A stretch of DNA of 64,000 nucleotides from Candidatus Babeliales bacterium (GCA_963743635.1 CAVUQO010000002.1:160001-224000), one strand, 5' to 3'. Shown: positions 49,324 to 60,038, counted from the stretch's first letter. The notes: generated by a model not told the origin, from the sequence alone. A program made the numbers and translations.

Positions 49324-49977
49324 TTATTTAATACATTTTTCCAATGCGCTGAGCGCCGCAACACGATCGGGATTTGCAAAAATAGCAGATGCGGCAGCAA
49401 TGTGATCAACGCCATGCTGCACGACGTTTGCAATAGTGTGTGTATTAATACCGCCATCGATTCCGATCAAGAAATTGAGTTTATGTTCTGCGCGAAATTG
49501 AACGAGCGCATCAATTTTAGCGACTACATCAGGCATAAATGATTGACCCGCAAAACCGGGCTCTACGGACATAACTAAAACTTGATAAATCTCACGATCG
49601 ATAAAATCAAAGAGTTGTGCCACGTCCGTTTTTGGTTTGATGGCGATACTCGGAAGCCAGTTTTTTTCTGACAGTTTTTTCATGATATCTTTTTTAATGA
49701 ATTTAGATTCAATGTGAAATGAGTAGATCGCATTGGTTGGAAGATGAAGTTGATCAATCATGGAAGTCGGATTATCAACCATCGCGTGAAGCCATAATTG
49801 CTTGTTTGTAATTCGTGCAATTGCATGAATCGTATCAAAGCCGAAGGTCATGTTTGGCACAAAATGATTGTCCATAATATCGATATGATAACCGGGTACG
49901 TGTGGATTGAGTGTGCTGATTTCTCGCTCAAGATTGAGTAAGTTTGCGCTCATGAGTGAGGGGTATATAGTTGCCAT
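49324..49977 (-). CDS. rpe: Ribulose-phosphate 3-epimerase
   Basis: IYPSLMSAN, HIDIMDNHFVPN, MSVEPGFAGQ, IDGGIN. Confidence 0.95.
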   Translation of the reverse strand: MATIYPSLMSANLLNLEREISTLNPHVPGYHIDIMDNHFVPNMTFGFDTIHAIARITNKQLWLHAMVDNPTSMIDQLHLPTNAIYSFHIESKFIKKDIMKKLSEKNWLPSIAIKPKTDVAQLFDFIDREIYQVLVMSVEPGFAGQSFMPDVVAKIDALVQFRAEHKLNFLIGIDGGINTHTIANVVQHGVDHIAAASAIFANPDRVAALSALEKCIK

Positions 49978-50083
49978 AGAGTATTCCTTTTTTATAGCGT
50001 GGTATCGCATTTTCATTCCATAACAACGATGTTATACTTGAGTAATAGATAAAGCCAATAATACAGTAAAACAAAGGAATATA

Positions 50084-50509
50084 ATGGCGGGGATACAGAT
50101 TCAAAAAGTAGGAATGATAATCTTAATGCAGCGCGATCTTGACGCAGCTGTTTCTTTTTATCTGCGATTAGGGTTATCGCTTAAATTTCGCATGAAAGAA
50201 AAATGGGCGGAATTTGATATTGATGGGGTAAAACTCGGTTTATGCCCAACTTCCCAGGATATGCAGGGGCGCCGCTCAGGAATCGTCCTTGACGTGAACG
50301 ATGTCCATGCCATTTACAATGAGCTCAAAGACGAAGTTACGTTCGTTGGTGAGCCCGTAGAAGCGCTCCATGGCATTATGGTAAGTATTCAAGATCCAGG
50401 TGGGAATATTCTCGACCTCTATCAGCCAACCCCTGAGAAGGTCAAGGATCTGGTTCAGAACGTAAAGAAGCAAGAAGGCTGCTGCCAGGGCGAGGGTGGC
50501 TGCAAGTAA
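50084..50509 (+). CDS. VOC/glyoxalase family protein
   Basis: DLDAAVSFY, WAEF, QDPGGNILDL. Confidence 0.85.
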   Translation: MAGIQIQKVGMIILMQRDLDAAVSFYLRLGLSLKFRMKEKWAEFDIDGVKLGLCPTSQDMQGRRSGIVLDVNDVHAIYNELKDEVTFVGEPVEALHGIMVSIQDPGGNILDLYQPTPEKVKDLVQNVKKQEGCCQGEGGCK

Positions 50510-50805
50510 ATACGACTGTTTTGGGCGTTTTTTGATACTCGTCTTGCGCGATGAGTGGCGAGACTGGACGGGGATGCCGAAAACACACTATTTTAGCCAT
50601 TTTTGGACAGTGCGCTGCAGGGTCCGATTGCAGTTAATCTTCAGTTCGTATTTAATAAATCTGAGTCAGTTGCTATAAGATAAAATTCGTTGAATTTTTT
50701 AGACTTTAATCTATACTTATACCTGTAAGACAAGAATGTTTTACAGGCTGTTTTCAGCATATTTTTGATAGAAATACACTATATATTGTTCAATAAGGAG
50801 GAACT

Positions 50806-51096
50806 ATGTTCGATAAATTACGTCCTCTAGGCAATCGCGTGCTGGTAAAGCGCGTGAAAAATGAGGAAAGAACGGCTTCAGGGCTTTATATCCCTGATTC
50901 AGCTCAAGAAAAAGCTCAGCAAGGAGCGGTACTTGCGGTTGGACCTGGTGGTCGAGACGCTGCGGGTAACGCAATTCCTATGCAAGTTAAAGCGGGTGAT
51001 TTGATCTATTTTGGCAAGTACAGTGGAACTGAAGCTGCTGATGATTATTTAATCATTCGTGAAGATGAAATTTTGGGTGTCATTGATAAAGCATAA
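50806..51096 (+). CDS. groES: Co-chaperonin GroES
   Basis: LRPLGNRVLV, TASGLYIPDSA, GKYSGTE. Confidence 0.97.
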   Translation: MFDKLRPLGNRVLVKRVKNEERTASGLYIPDSAQEKAQQGAVLAVGPGGRDAAGNAIPMQVKAGDLIYFGKYSGTEAADDYLIIREDEILGVIDKA

Positions 51097-51120
51097 AATC
51101 TACTATAGGAGTTGAATATT

Positions 51121-52772
51121 ATGGCATCAAAGAAAAAAATAATTTTTGGCGTCGATGCACGCGAAAAAATTCGTAAAGGTATTGATACCTTAGCAAACGC
51201 GGTCAAAGTAACTCTTGGGCCCAAAGGGCGTAACGTGATCTTTGAACGTTCATTTGGTCCACCATCAATTACCAAAGACGGTGTCACCGTTGCAAAAGAA
51301 ATCGAACTTTCAGACCCTATTGAAAATATGGGTGCACAGAGTGTTCGTGAAGTTGCAAGCAGAACTGCCGACATCGCGGGTGATGGTACTACCACCGCAA
51401 CCGTATTAGCGCAAGCATTGTTCCGTGAAGGAAATAAGTATGTTGCTGCCGGTGCAAATCCAATGGAATTAAAACGCGGTATCGATAAAGCCGTTAAAGC
51501 GGTTGTAGAAGATATTAAATCGCGCGCAAAATTAGTCAGTGAAAAAAAAGAAATTCAGCAAGTTGCGACTATTTCCGCAAACTCAGATAACTCAATCGGC
51601 GAACAAATTGCAGAAGCAATGGACCGTGTTGGACGCGATGGTGTAATCACCGTTGAAGAAGCAAAAGGTATGAACGACGAGCTTGAAGTTGTTGAAGGTA
51701 TGCAATTTGATCGTGGTTATCTTTCTCCATACTTCGTGACCAATTCTGAAAAAATGGAATCGGTTCTTGAAAATCCATTTATTCTTGTGTTCGAAAAGAA
51801 AATTTCAAGCATGAAAACATGATGCCGGTTCTTGAGCAAGTTGCAAAATCAGGCCGATCATTATTCATCATAGCTGAAGACGTTGAAGGTGAAGCGCTTG
51901 CTACTTTAGTGGTGAACAAAATGCGTGGTACCTTGAAAGTTGCAGCAGCGAAAGCGCCAGGTTTTGGGGATCGTCGTAAAGCGATGCTTGAAGATATTGC
52001 GATTTTGACTGGCGGAAACATGGTCTGCGAAGATCTTGGTATGAAGTTGGAAGCAATTAGCGCATCTCAATTGGGTACTGCAAAACGTGCCGTGTTGACT
52101 AAAGATACGACTATCATCATTGATGGTCATGGCAATGCCGAAGCAATCAATGGCCGTGTGATGCAAATCAGAGCGCAGATTGAAAATACTACTTCCGATT
52201 ATGACAAAGAAAAGTTGCATGAACGGTTAGCAAAACTTTCTGGTGGCGTTGCGGTTATCAAAGTTGGTGCTGCGACTGAAACTGAAATGAAAGAAAAGAA
52301 AGACCGTATCGAGGATGCGCTGAGCGCGACGCGTGCGGCAGTTGAAGAAGGTGTTGTCGCTGGCGGTGGTGTTGCATTAATTCGTGCACAGCAAGCGCTT
52401 GACGGTATCACCAATCTTGAAGGCGATGAAAAACTGGGTGTAGATATTGTGCGACGCGCGCTTGAAGAGCCGTTACGTATTATCGTTTCAAACGCAGGAT
52501 ATGAAGCCTCAGTGATTGTCAACAAAGTAAAAGAATATAGTGGCAACATGGGCTTTGATGCAAAGCATGGTGAATACGTTGATATGGTCCAAGCTGGGAT
52601 CATTGATCCAGCGAAAGTGACTCGTTCAGCAATTCAACACGCGGCATCAATTTCTGGCCTTCTTCTGACAACAGAAGCAACTATTTACGAGATTCCAGAA
52701 GAAAAGAAAGAGGCGCAAGGTCCAGCAGCCCCAGGAATGGGTGGCATGGGCGGTATGGGTGGTATGTACTAA
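51121..52772 (+). CDS. groEL: Chaperonin GroEL, single frameshift near 51815 (likely sequencing error)
   Basis: [30 protein letters not shown] tail; one A appears missing in the run at atgaaaacatg. Confidence 0.95.
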
Positions 52773-52821
52773 TCCATATGCGTATCAATCAAAGCAGTCT
52801 TTGTTTTGATGTTGTAAATAT

Positions 52822-52861
52822 AAAAACAGGGTTACATAGGGTTTCTATGTAACCCTGTTTT
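52822..52861 (+). terminator. Terminator after groEL
   Basis: aaaacagggttacatag...ctatgtaaccctgtttt. Confidence 0.85.
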
Positions 52862-53006
52862 GCGCTGAGAACATGCGACTGGATATTCATTGGTTCCATA
52901 TAGTGCAATTTTAAATAAAAATAAAAGCTCTTGCATTTAATGTGTACAATCTTTTATCATTGGGATTGTAAATATATCAAAATGCTTTTTCAAAAGGAGT
53001 TAATTT

Positions 53007-53396
53007 ATGAAAAAAAGCATATTTTCAGCAATGATGCTTGTTGCGTGTAATCAGATGTTTGCCACTACGGCCGGCACCATCGATCAGGTAACAATTATGA
53101 ATAAATCATCAAGCTATAGCATGGAAGTAGGTAATACCGTACAGAAAGGTAATACTGATGCGCTTGCAGATAAAACGACTATAAAGGCGGGTGGAGCAGC
53201 TAACGTTTACATAAAGCCAGGTGGAACGTTCACTCTTGTTGCTATAAACTCTACAACAAACGCGAGAAGCTCTATAGAAAGCGTACAGCGCAAAGGCAAC
53301 AGTAAATCAGAATTTCCGTGTAGCTATTATGTCGATTATAGCGGATTGTCAAAGAAGTTTGACATTAAGACTGGTGATCTTAAAAAAAATGAGTAA
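53007..53396 (+). CDS. Secreted hypothetical beta-rich protein
   Basis: AAGGAG RBS, signal peptide, downstream hairpin at 53427-53469. Confidence 0.7.
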   Translation: MKKSIFSAMMLVACNQMFATTAGTIDQVTIMNKSSSYSMEVGNTVQKGNTDALADKTTIKAGGAANVYIKPGGTFTLVAINSTTNARSSIESVQRKGNSKSEFPCSYYVDYSGLSKKFDIKTGDLKKNE

Positions 53397-53712
53397 ACGG
53401 CTTTAAGCGTATTTACGATATATAAATAAAGATGGTAGTTTGTTCGTATAGAACTGACTACCATCTTTACTTTGTGTGAAAGTACTCACCAAAGGACAGC
53501 CCTTCCGCCAGATCAGTGATATTTTGCGTTTAAAATATGCGCATTTTTGTTCCCTTTCAGGCTATGCATCGTGTAAAGGCTAGAGTCAGCATCCAAGGCA
53601 TTGCTTGTCGGGCTTTTTTGATTCTTCATTGTTTTTAGATCATCAATTTTGCCACAATAGATCATGTAAGGTATGAGATAGGGATTCATATCAGTTTTTA
53701 AAAGGGGGAAAA

Positions 53713-55560
53713 GTGGAAAGAAATAAAATTATAGCAGTTGCCGTGCTGGCGATTGGCATTATTGCATGGCGCGTGGGCGCGATGGAGCAGGGCGGGCAAG
53801 CGCAGGCTGGTCAAGAAATGATAACGGTCTATCAACTCAATAACGCTGGCAATGAGGAAAGCGTCCAGGTTCCATGGGATCAGCTGCGGCTTTTTGAAAT
53901 GTTTAGCGATATGCGTGGTTATGTGCAGGAGATGAATCCAGCTGAAGCAAATAGATTGCCGCTCAGTAATACTATTTCAATGAATATCTTCAAAACATTA
54001 TTAGCGGAATTGCCGTGGGCGCAGCAGGTGCGGATTAACCGGCAGCAAAATGAGACTGAAGAGCAAGCGGCAAAAAGAATGGCGAAAACCATGCCGGCGG
54101 TAGCATTCAATCGAGATAGATTAAGCGCATTGGCGGTTCAATTAAAGGCAGCAGATTTTTTACAACAACAGCCATTAATAGAACTGTATACGCATCAGAT
54201 AGTAGGCATGATCATGTCCGAGGCATCAATGAGATTGTTGAGTCAAGTCGATAAGAAATACGGTCACGACGTCGCTGCCTTAGTGAATGCGTTGCCTCCC
54301 GAACTGGCGTTGCATATTGTGAAAAGTATGCCAAGAGCAGCAATATGGCTTGAGCAGCATACGATTGCGCATGATAAGGTTACCTCAGTAGCGATATCAG
54401 CAGATGGCAATAAAGTGGTGACGGGATCTGTTGATCATACGGCAAAGATATTTGCATGGAATGGCAATGCATGGGTTGAGGATCATACGATTCGGCATGC
54501 TGATATAGTTAACTCAGTAGCGATATCAGCAGATGGCAATAGGGTAGTGACGGGATCGTGGGATAGGACGGCAAAGATAGTGGTCTGGGATGGCGCTGCA
54601 TGGATTGAGCAGCATATGATTCGTCATAATAATTGGGTTAACTCAGTAGCGATATCGGCAGATGGCAATAAGGTGGTGACGGGATCTGTTGATCATACGG
54701 CAAAGATATTTGCATGGAATGGCAATGCATGGATTGAGGAGCATACGATTCGGCATAACAATGCGGTTGACTCAGTAGCGATATCAGCAGATGGCAATAA
54801 GGTGGTGACGGGATCTGTTGATCATACGGCAAAGATATTTGCATGGAATGGCAATGCATGGGTTGAGGAGCATACGATTCGGCATAACAATGCGGTTGAC
54901 TCAGTAGCGATATCAGCAGATGGCAATAGGGTGGTGACGGGAGCTGATGAGAGGGTGTTAAGAATCTTTGCATGGGATGGTAATGCATGGAGAGAGCAGC
55001 ATACGCTTGAGGATAGTGGAAAAGTTTACTTAGTAGCGATATCAGCGGATGGCAATACGGTGGTGGGGATATCTTTTCGTGCGGCAAAGATAGTCGGATG
55101 GAATGGCAATGCATGGATTGAGCAGCCTCCGATTGCGCAGGGCGCGGTTAACTCAGTAGCGATATCAGCAGATGGCAAGAGGGTGGTGACTGGATCTGAT
55201 GATGGTACGGCAAAGATATTTGCATGGAATGGCAATGCATGGATTGAGCAGCATACGATTGTGCATGATGAGAAGGTTATGTCAGTAGCGATATCAGCGG
55301 ATGGCAATAGGGCGGTGGCGGGATATGAGGGTCCGGCAAAGATAGTGGGGCTTGTATCAAGATCATTGCCTGGAATATCTGATTTGGATACCTGTTTATT
55401 TGAGCATCTATTGCTGTGGGCAAAGAGAAGTGGGGAGAAAATATCTAAATTCGGCTGGGCAGGAGATATATTGCGGAGTATTCAATGGCGTGCTGTAGAG
55501 CCAGTTGCTAGAGAACAACTTCAAAAATTAATTCGAGAAACAATGCAGCATGCAGTGTGA
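53713..55560 (+). CDS. Secreted Skp1/BTB-like + F-box-like + WD40 repeat protein
   Basis: LKAADFLQQQPLIEL...IVGMI; LVNALPPELALHIV; eight SVAISADG.-type repeats of ~43 aa. Confidence 0.8.
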   Translation: MERNKIIAVAVLAIGIIAWRVGAMEQGGQAQAGQEMITVYQLNNAGNEESVQVPWDQLRLFEMFSDMRGYVQEMNPAEANRLPLSNTISMNIFKTLLAELPWAQQVRINRQQNETEEQAAKRMAKTMPAVAFNRDRLSALAVQLKAADFLQQQPLIELYTHQIVGMIMSEASMRLLSQVDKKYGHDVAALVNALPPELALHIVKSMPRAAIWLEQHTIAHDKVTSVAISADGNKVVTGSVDHTAKIFAWNGNAWVEDHTIRHADIVNSVAISADGNRVVTGSWDRTAKIVVWDGAAWIEQHMIRHNNWVNSVAISADGNKVVTGSVDHTAKIFAWNGNAWIEEHTIRHNNAVDSVAISADGNKVVTGSVDHTAKIFAWNGNAWVEEHTIRHNNAVDSVAISADGNRVVTGADERVLRIFAWDGNAWREQHTLEDSGKVYLVAISADGNTVVGISFRAAKIVGWNGNAWIEQPPIAQGAVNSVAISADGKRVVTGSDDGTAKIFAWNGNAWIEQHTIVHDEKVMSVAISADGNRAVAGYEGPAKIVGLVSRSLPGISDLDTCLFEHLLLWAKRSGEKISKFGWAGDILRSIQWRAVEPVAREQLQKLIRETMQHAV

Positions 55561-55590
55561 TAGCGGTAGTCGCAGAATAAAAGGAACACG

Positions 55591-55619
55591 GCCCCGGGAT
55601 ATACTCCCGGGGCTTTTTT
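55591..55619 (+). terminator. Intrinsic terminator
   Basis: gccccggga-tatac-tcccggggc-tttttt. Confidence 0.85.
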
Positions 55620-55784
55620 ATTACTTCATTTATTTGAATAATCTCGTATAGTATTTGTACGTATATTCACAGAGTCAATTAACGCAATATTGATCAACTT
55701 TAATTGATAAAATATGTATATAAGCTAGTCTCATAAAGATGTTTTATAAATAATCCGTTATTCCGATTAGAAAGGATACGATTT

Positions 55785-56567
55785 ATGGTTCGTTCACGAT
55801 TTTTAACTCTTACGTTGATTTCACTCTGCAGTGTGCAGATAGCGCAAGGTGCTTTACTTAAAGATACAGGCCGCGTAATTGGCGGCACCGCCGCAGGTGC
55901 AGCTTGTTACGGAGCAGTATGTGCTACCGCGAATGCCGCAAAAATGTTGATTTGGGATGGTACCTTTGATGCATCCAAATTGGTCTCTTTTAGCCCTGAG
56001 CATTTACGGGCATATCGTGCAAGTGCTGCAGCTGGTTTTCTTATCGGATCTGCAACTACAACCTATGGCCGTTCACTACGTGCACAATGGATTCTATGGT
56101 GGTTCACAAGCAAGGATCTCATTGCAATCGTTAGCGCTGAGTATGAAGATGATGCGCAATTAACTGCTGCTCTTGAAAAATATTATTTAAGTTCTGTCGT
56201 CTACCCATTGGTTGGTGCTAAGATAGTATTATCCAATAACCTGAACAGCCTTACGCAAGCAGCGGAATTGATTGAAGCGGCGCTTGAAGATCTATCACAT
56301 GATGCCGAACGCGCTCGATCATATAATGCATGGCTTGATGACGTCTATGCAATACGTGCACATATTATGTATGCAGCGAACGTGATAGAAAATGATCCGC
56401 GCTTACCTGCAATGCTTGACGCAAACACTAAGCTTCTGGAGGCACAAGCGCATCAAAATTTAGCAACTGCTCATAACAAGCAAGCTAATGCGCAGTCTGT
56501 TCATGCAGGAGCAAAACTTATTGAAGTAGGATTTAATATTTTGAATGCTATGTTCTCAAGTAAGTAA
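55785..56567 (+). CDS. Secreted helical protein, paralog A
   Basis: MVRSR leader; TTYGRSLRAQ motif shared with the next gene. Confidence 0.75.
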   Translation: MVRSRFLTLTLISLCSVQIAQGALLKDTGRVIGGTAAGAACYGAVCATANAAKMLIWDGTFDASKLVSFSPEHLRAYRASAAAGFLIGSATTTYGRSLRAQWILWWFTSKDLIAIVSAEYEDDAQLTAALEKYYLSSVVYPLVGAKIVLSNNLNSLTQAAELIEAALEDLSHDAERARSYNAWLDDVYAIRAHIMYAANVIENDPRLPAMLDANTKLLEAQAHQNLATAHNKQANAQSVHAGAKLIEVGFNILNAMFSSK

Positions 56568-56603
56568 TCTGAACGTTTTCAAAAACGTCTGACAATATAA
56601 AAA

Positions 56604-56633
56604 GAACCCGTCATCGCAAGGTGGCGGGTTTTT
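56604..56633 (+). terminator. Repeated GCAA-loop terminator (other copies at ~57450-57477 and ~58413-58438)
   Basis: cccg(t/c)catcgcaa(gg/ta)tggcggg follows three consecutive genes. Confidence 0.8.
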
Positions 56634-56727
56634 GCATGCGGTCGCACTTCTATTTAATTTGATAAATTGCATTGATGTTATAGACTGGCAGCAAAATAGT
56701 ATGTTTCTCATAGAAAGGATGTTTCAT

Positions 56728-57417
56728 ATGATTCGTTCACGCACGTTAATAATGGTTGTGATGGCTGCCTTCAGTATGCATAAAGTGCATGCGAGTGTTA
56801 CGGGAGATTTGACGCATTTAGCAGCAGGCATTGGCGCAGTTTCCGGATGTAAAGTGGCACAACAATTATTTGAGAATCGAGCAATAAATTTCACCAATCT
56901 TAAGGGAATTATCACAAATCAATCAACGCTGATGGCTGGCGCAATCCTTGGATTTCCATTCACCACTTATGGCCGTACATTGCGTGCGCAGTTGAATCTA
57001 TCCATGTTGGATGAAAAATTAATGTCTGTAGTAATAGATTATTATGCGAGCGACGCGGATTTTACGCAAGCATTGGAACAGTATTGTATTCGTTCAAAAT
57101 TTCCGTTAATGCAAGCATATGAAAAATTAGCATCGCAGCATTACTATTTGGTAACTGCGGGAGATCTCCTTGAATCGGTATTAGAAGATATTGCAGAAGA
57201 TTCTGATCGCGCTGAAGCTATCGAAGATTCATTAACTGATATTTATGCAATGCGCGCGAGCATTGAATATGCGTTAAATATGATCAGAAATGATGCTCAA
57301 TGGTCTGCGCAGCTTGTAGGAAAAAATGCAGAAGATATGACTCGTGCAATGGCAGCAAGCAATTATCAAATTCATGCACTATTGCCGATTCCTATTTTTA
57401 AAGGGGCGCGTTTTTAA
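56728..57417 (+). CDS. Secreted helical protein, paralog B
   Basis: MIRSR leader after AGAAAGGA; TTYGRTLRAQ, ALEQY, DIYAMRA. Confidence 0.75.
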   Translation: MIRSRTLIMVVMAAFSMHKVHASVTGDLTHLAAGIGAVSGCKVAQQLFENRAINFTNLKGIITNQSTLMAGAILGFPFTTYGRTLRAQLNLSMLDEKLMSVVIDYYASDADFTQALEQYCIRSKFPLMQAYEKLASQHYYLVTAGDLLESVLEDIAEDSDRAEAIEDSLTDIYAMRASIEYALNMIRNDAQWSAQLVGKNAEDMTRAMAASNYQIHALLPIPIFKGARF

Positions 57418-57583
57418 GAATGCGCGTAGCATATACGTTCTCAGATAGACCCCGCCATCGCAATATGGCGGGGTTTTCATTTAAAAAAAATATTGCATGG
57501 GTGATGAAGTTGCGCTAGAGTTTCCACAGCATCGATGATGATTCTAGGAAATTTAATTACCATATTTTATAAAGGATACTGTT

Positions 57584-58387
57584 ATGACAATTCGTGTAAG
57601 ATCTATAGCGGTAGTATGTGGTGGATATCTTGCTGTAACAATGGCACAGGCTCATACTGTAAAAAATAGTGTGAGTGTACCAATGAACGATGTTTTAGTT
57701 GATGCAATCAAATCAACGACGGCTACACCGGCAGGCGTTATAGACCAAGATCTTATGAATCTCGTTGGTCAATTAATGTACGGTAAAACGGCTGGGGAAG
57801 TTATTGACCAGCTCGTATATACATATGGTAATGGCGAGCAGACTACCGTTGCGTTAGTCAATATAGCGCAACTTCTATCTCAACAGTTGGGTTATTTGAG
57901 TATGGCCATTCAATCGGCACAAATTATTATTAGTGTCTTGCCTCCAACATCGCCACATGTCATGGCAGCTAAGTTAGTGATCAATGAAATGAGTGCATTG
58001 AGCGCCTGTGTCCAAACGATATTGGTAGAAATTCAGCAAAATGCTTCAACAACTCCGTCAGCTACAAGCGCGGCTGCAGCTCCAGTTTTAAATGCGGCAC
58101 CTGTTGCTTCGGCTTCAACTTCCACAGCACTGGTAACGCCAGCTACACAGACCGCGCCTGCTCCAGTTGCCGCGGCTGCTGCTAATGCAGCGCCCGGTTC
58201 AGATGCAGCGCTTGCCAGCGCGGCGATAACACTGTTGGGTGATGTGGTATCTGATATGGCAGCATCATCTAATGCGCCATCTTCATCAACTACAGCCGCA
58301 TCATCTGCATCGGCTACAACGGGAACATCAACTTCAACAGTAGCATCCTCCACAAATACAACAACGCATCATCATTCAGGTTGGTAA
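57584..58387 (+). CDS. Secreted protein with Ala/Ser/Thr-rich tail
   Basis: Signal ending AQA; low-complexity C-terminus ending HHHSGW. Confidence 0.7.
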   Translation: MTIRVRSIAVVCGGYLAVTMAQAHTVKNSVSVPMNDVLVDAIKSTTATPAGVIDQDLMNLVGQLMYGKTAGEVIDQLVYTYGNGEQTTVALVNIAQLLSQQLGYLSMAIQSAQIIISVLPPTSPHVMAAKLVINEMSALSACVQTILVEIQQNASTTPSATSAAAAPVLNAAPVASASTSTALVTPATQTAPAPVAAAAANAAPGSDAALASAAITLLGDVVSDMAASSNAPSSSTTAASSASATTGTSTSTVASSTNTTTHHHSGW

Positions 58388-58529
58388 GCCAAAGATATTT
58401 GTTTCTACTTGGGCCCGTCATCGCAAGGTGGCGGGTTCTTTATATAGAAGGGTTTAAAATCTTGTGAATGCCATGCGGTTAAGGGTAGAGTGATCACAAA
58501 GAATTTCAGGTTTATAGAAAGGTGTACGC

Positions 58530-58691
58530 ATGAATGGATGGAAAGCATTAGTGATGATCGTTGCCATTTTGGCATTTGCGGGCGTTGCATTATATATTTT
58601 TGACGAAATAAAAAAGGCTAAGATTCAGCAGGCGCAGGCAGAGGCAGTAACCGGTTTTATTTCAGGTTTTATTCCTGGTTCTAAAAAATAG
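58530..58691 (+). CDS. Small membrane protein (53 aa, absent from the ORF track)
   Basis: AGAAAGGTG RBS; MNGWKALVMIVAILAFAGVALYIFDEIKKAKIQQ...; terminator hairpin 58721-58748. Confidence 0.65.
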   Translation: MNGWKALVMIVAILAFAGVALYIFDEIKKAKIQQAQAEAVTGFISGFIPGSKK

Positions 58692-58833
58692 ATCCTTATT
58701 AATGCTGCGATTTTTCACATAAAGCCCATCGGTTATACGGTGGGCTTTATCATTTATATTATTCCCTTGACTATGAAATTCTATTTGTATTACGATCGTA
58801 ATCAAAGAGGACGATGGGGAAAAGGGGAGTAGT

Positions 58834-59520
58834 ATGAGCTGGGGGAAAAAACAAATAGCCTTTGTGGTAGTGTTTGGGACCATTGGTGTTGGCTTAGCCA
58901 TTGCCAATGAAAAGCGGCGAGCTGCAGTCATTGAACAAAATGGAGCTATTGCAAAAATGGCTGAGCAGGAGCTCGGTGATTTACAGCGTCTGGGATTTTT
59001 AGATCGAGATATGGCAGTCCAATCTACCTATGAGCGGCTCCAGGCTGCAAAAGCAGGTATCGATCTTGCCAATTGTAAGTGGTGGATGATTTCGATAAAA
59101 ACAGAAGAAGGCAAAGGCAAGCAGGCCAAGTTGAAGCGTTTACTGTCTCTCAATAATAAGCTTCTCAAAAGTTATCGCCAGGATCTGAATGATCTGCGTA
59201 AATTTGGTTTTCCTGAAAATGATCCAAAAGTAGTCTTCAGCCGGAATAAGGTCGCCCAGATTGTGGTTGAATTGGCCCATTTAGCCCGAGAATATAAGCA
59301 GGCAACCAATAAAAAGATGGTTATGAACAGTGAACAGACCGCCTTGGTCAACCGGATGATCGAGCTCAATCGGGCATCAATCGGGAATTTTAAGGCTGAG
59401 ATTGAGGAGTATTTGGCCCAAGGGTTGAACCTTCAAGATAGGCGGATACAGGCAGTTCGTGCCAAAATGTCAGCAAAATTGGCAGAAAATGGCCTTCTTG
59501 AGCGAAAGTTACATCGCTAG
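58834..59520 (+). CDS. Membrane-anchored helical hypothetical protein
   Basis: GGGGAG RBS; N-terminal TM; recurring DL..LGF/FGF/QGL motif. Confidence 0.7.
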   Translation: MSWGKKQIAFVVVFGTIGVGLAIANEKRRAAVIEQNGAIAKMAEQELGDLQRLGFLDRDMAVQSTYERLQAAKAGIDLANCKWWMISIKTEEGKGKQAKLKRLLSLNNKLLKSYRQDLNDLRKFGFPENDPKVVFSRNKVAQIVVELAHLAREYKQATNKKMVMNSEQTALVNRMIELNRASIGNFKAEIEEYLAQGLNLQDRRIQAVRAKMSAKLAENGLLERKLHR

Positions 59521-59632
59521 ATCTAGAGGGTTTATCGGATAAATCACAATAAAATTATTGACTATCTGAAAACGTCCCTGATAAAATGAAGGTGATGGGT
59601 ATCATAGTTTTTCATTACCACAAGGGAGAGGT

Positions 59633-59815
59633 ATGAATAAGAAGAATTGTGCAATGGTATGTTCAGGCTGTTGCGAAGATTGTAAAGAATTATGCGTTAC
59701 TGAGTGTGAACAAGCATGTGAATACGGTCAAACAGACCCGATCGAACTTTGCAGCGGTTCGTGCAATGATTGCGCGGAGCTTTGTGAAAAAAAATGTGCT
59801 GAGTGTAAAGATTAG
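59633..59815 (+). CDS. Cys-rich microprotein 1 (14 Cys, CxxxC spacing)
   Basis: GGAGAGG RBS; paralog directly downstream. Confidence 0.75.
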   Translation: MNKKNCAMVCSGCCEDCKELCVTECEQACEYGQTDPIELCSGSCNDCAELCEKKCAECKD

Positions 59816-59855
59816 TCAGATATCAAAATAATTGAACATTTAAAGGGGGTAAACC

Positions 59856-60038
59856 GTGGAAAAGAAAAATTGCGCATTAGTATGTTCAAAATGCTGTGAT
59901 GATTGCAAAGAAATTTGCATTATGCAGTGTGAAGATGCATGCGAGCATCATGAAAATAATCCCGCAGAGATTTGCAATGGTTCGTGCAATAAGTGCGCGA
60001 GAACATGCGAAGTAGCGTGTACTGCGTTTGTAAAGTAA
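59856..60038 (+). CDS. Cys-rich microprotein 2 (13 Cys)
   Basis: All 13 Cys align without gaps to microprotein 1. Confidence 0.75.
   Translation: MEKKNCALVCSKCCDDCKEICIMQCEDACEHHENNPAEICNGSCNKCARTCEVACTAFVK

Noticed and set aside
51779..51830. Split groEL as programmed frameshift or pseudogene
   Set aside because: A single missing base in an A-run of an essential, otherwise intact gene; similar breaks in ftsI and aldolase indicate assembly indels. Read inspection would settle it.
54360..55330. CRISPR array or DGR-like repeats
   Set aside because: The repeats are in-frame ~129-bp WD40 units; no unique spacers, cas genes or reverse transcriptase in the window.
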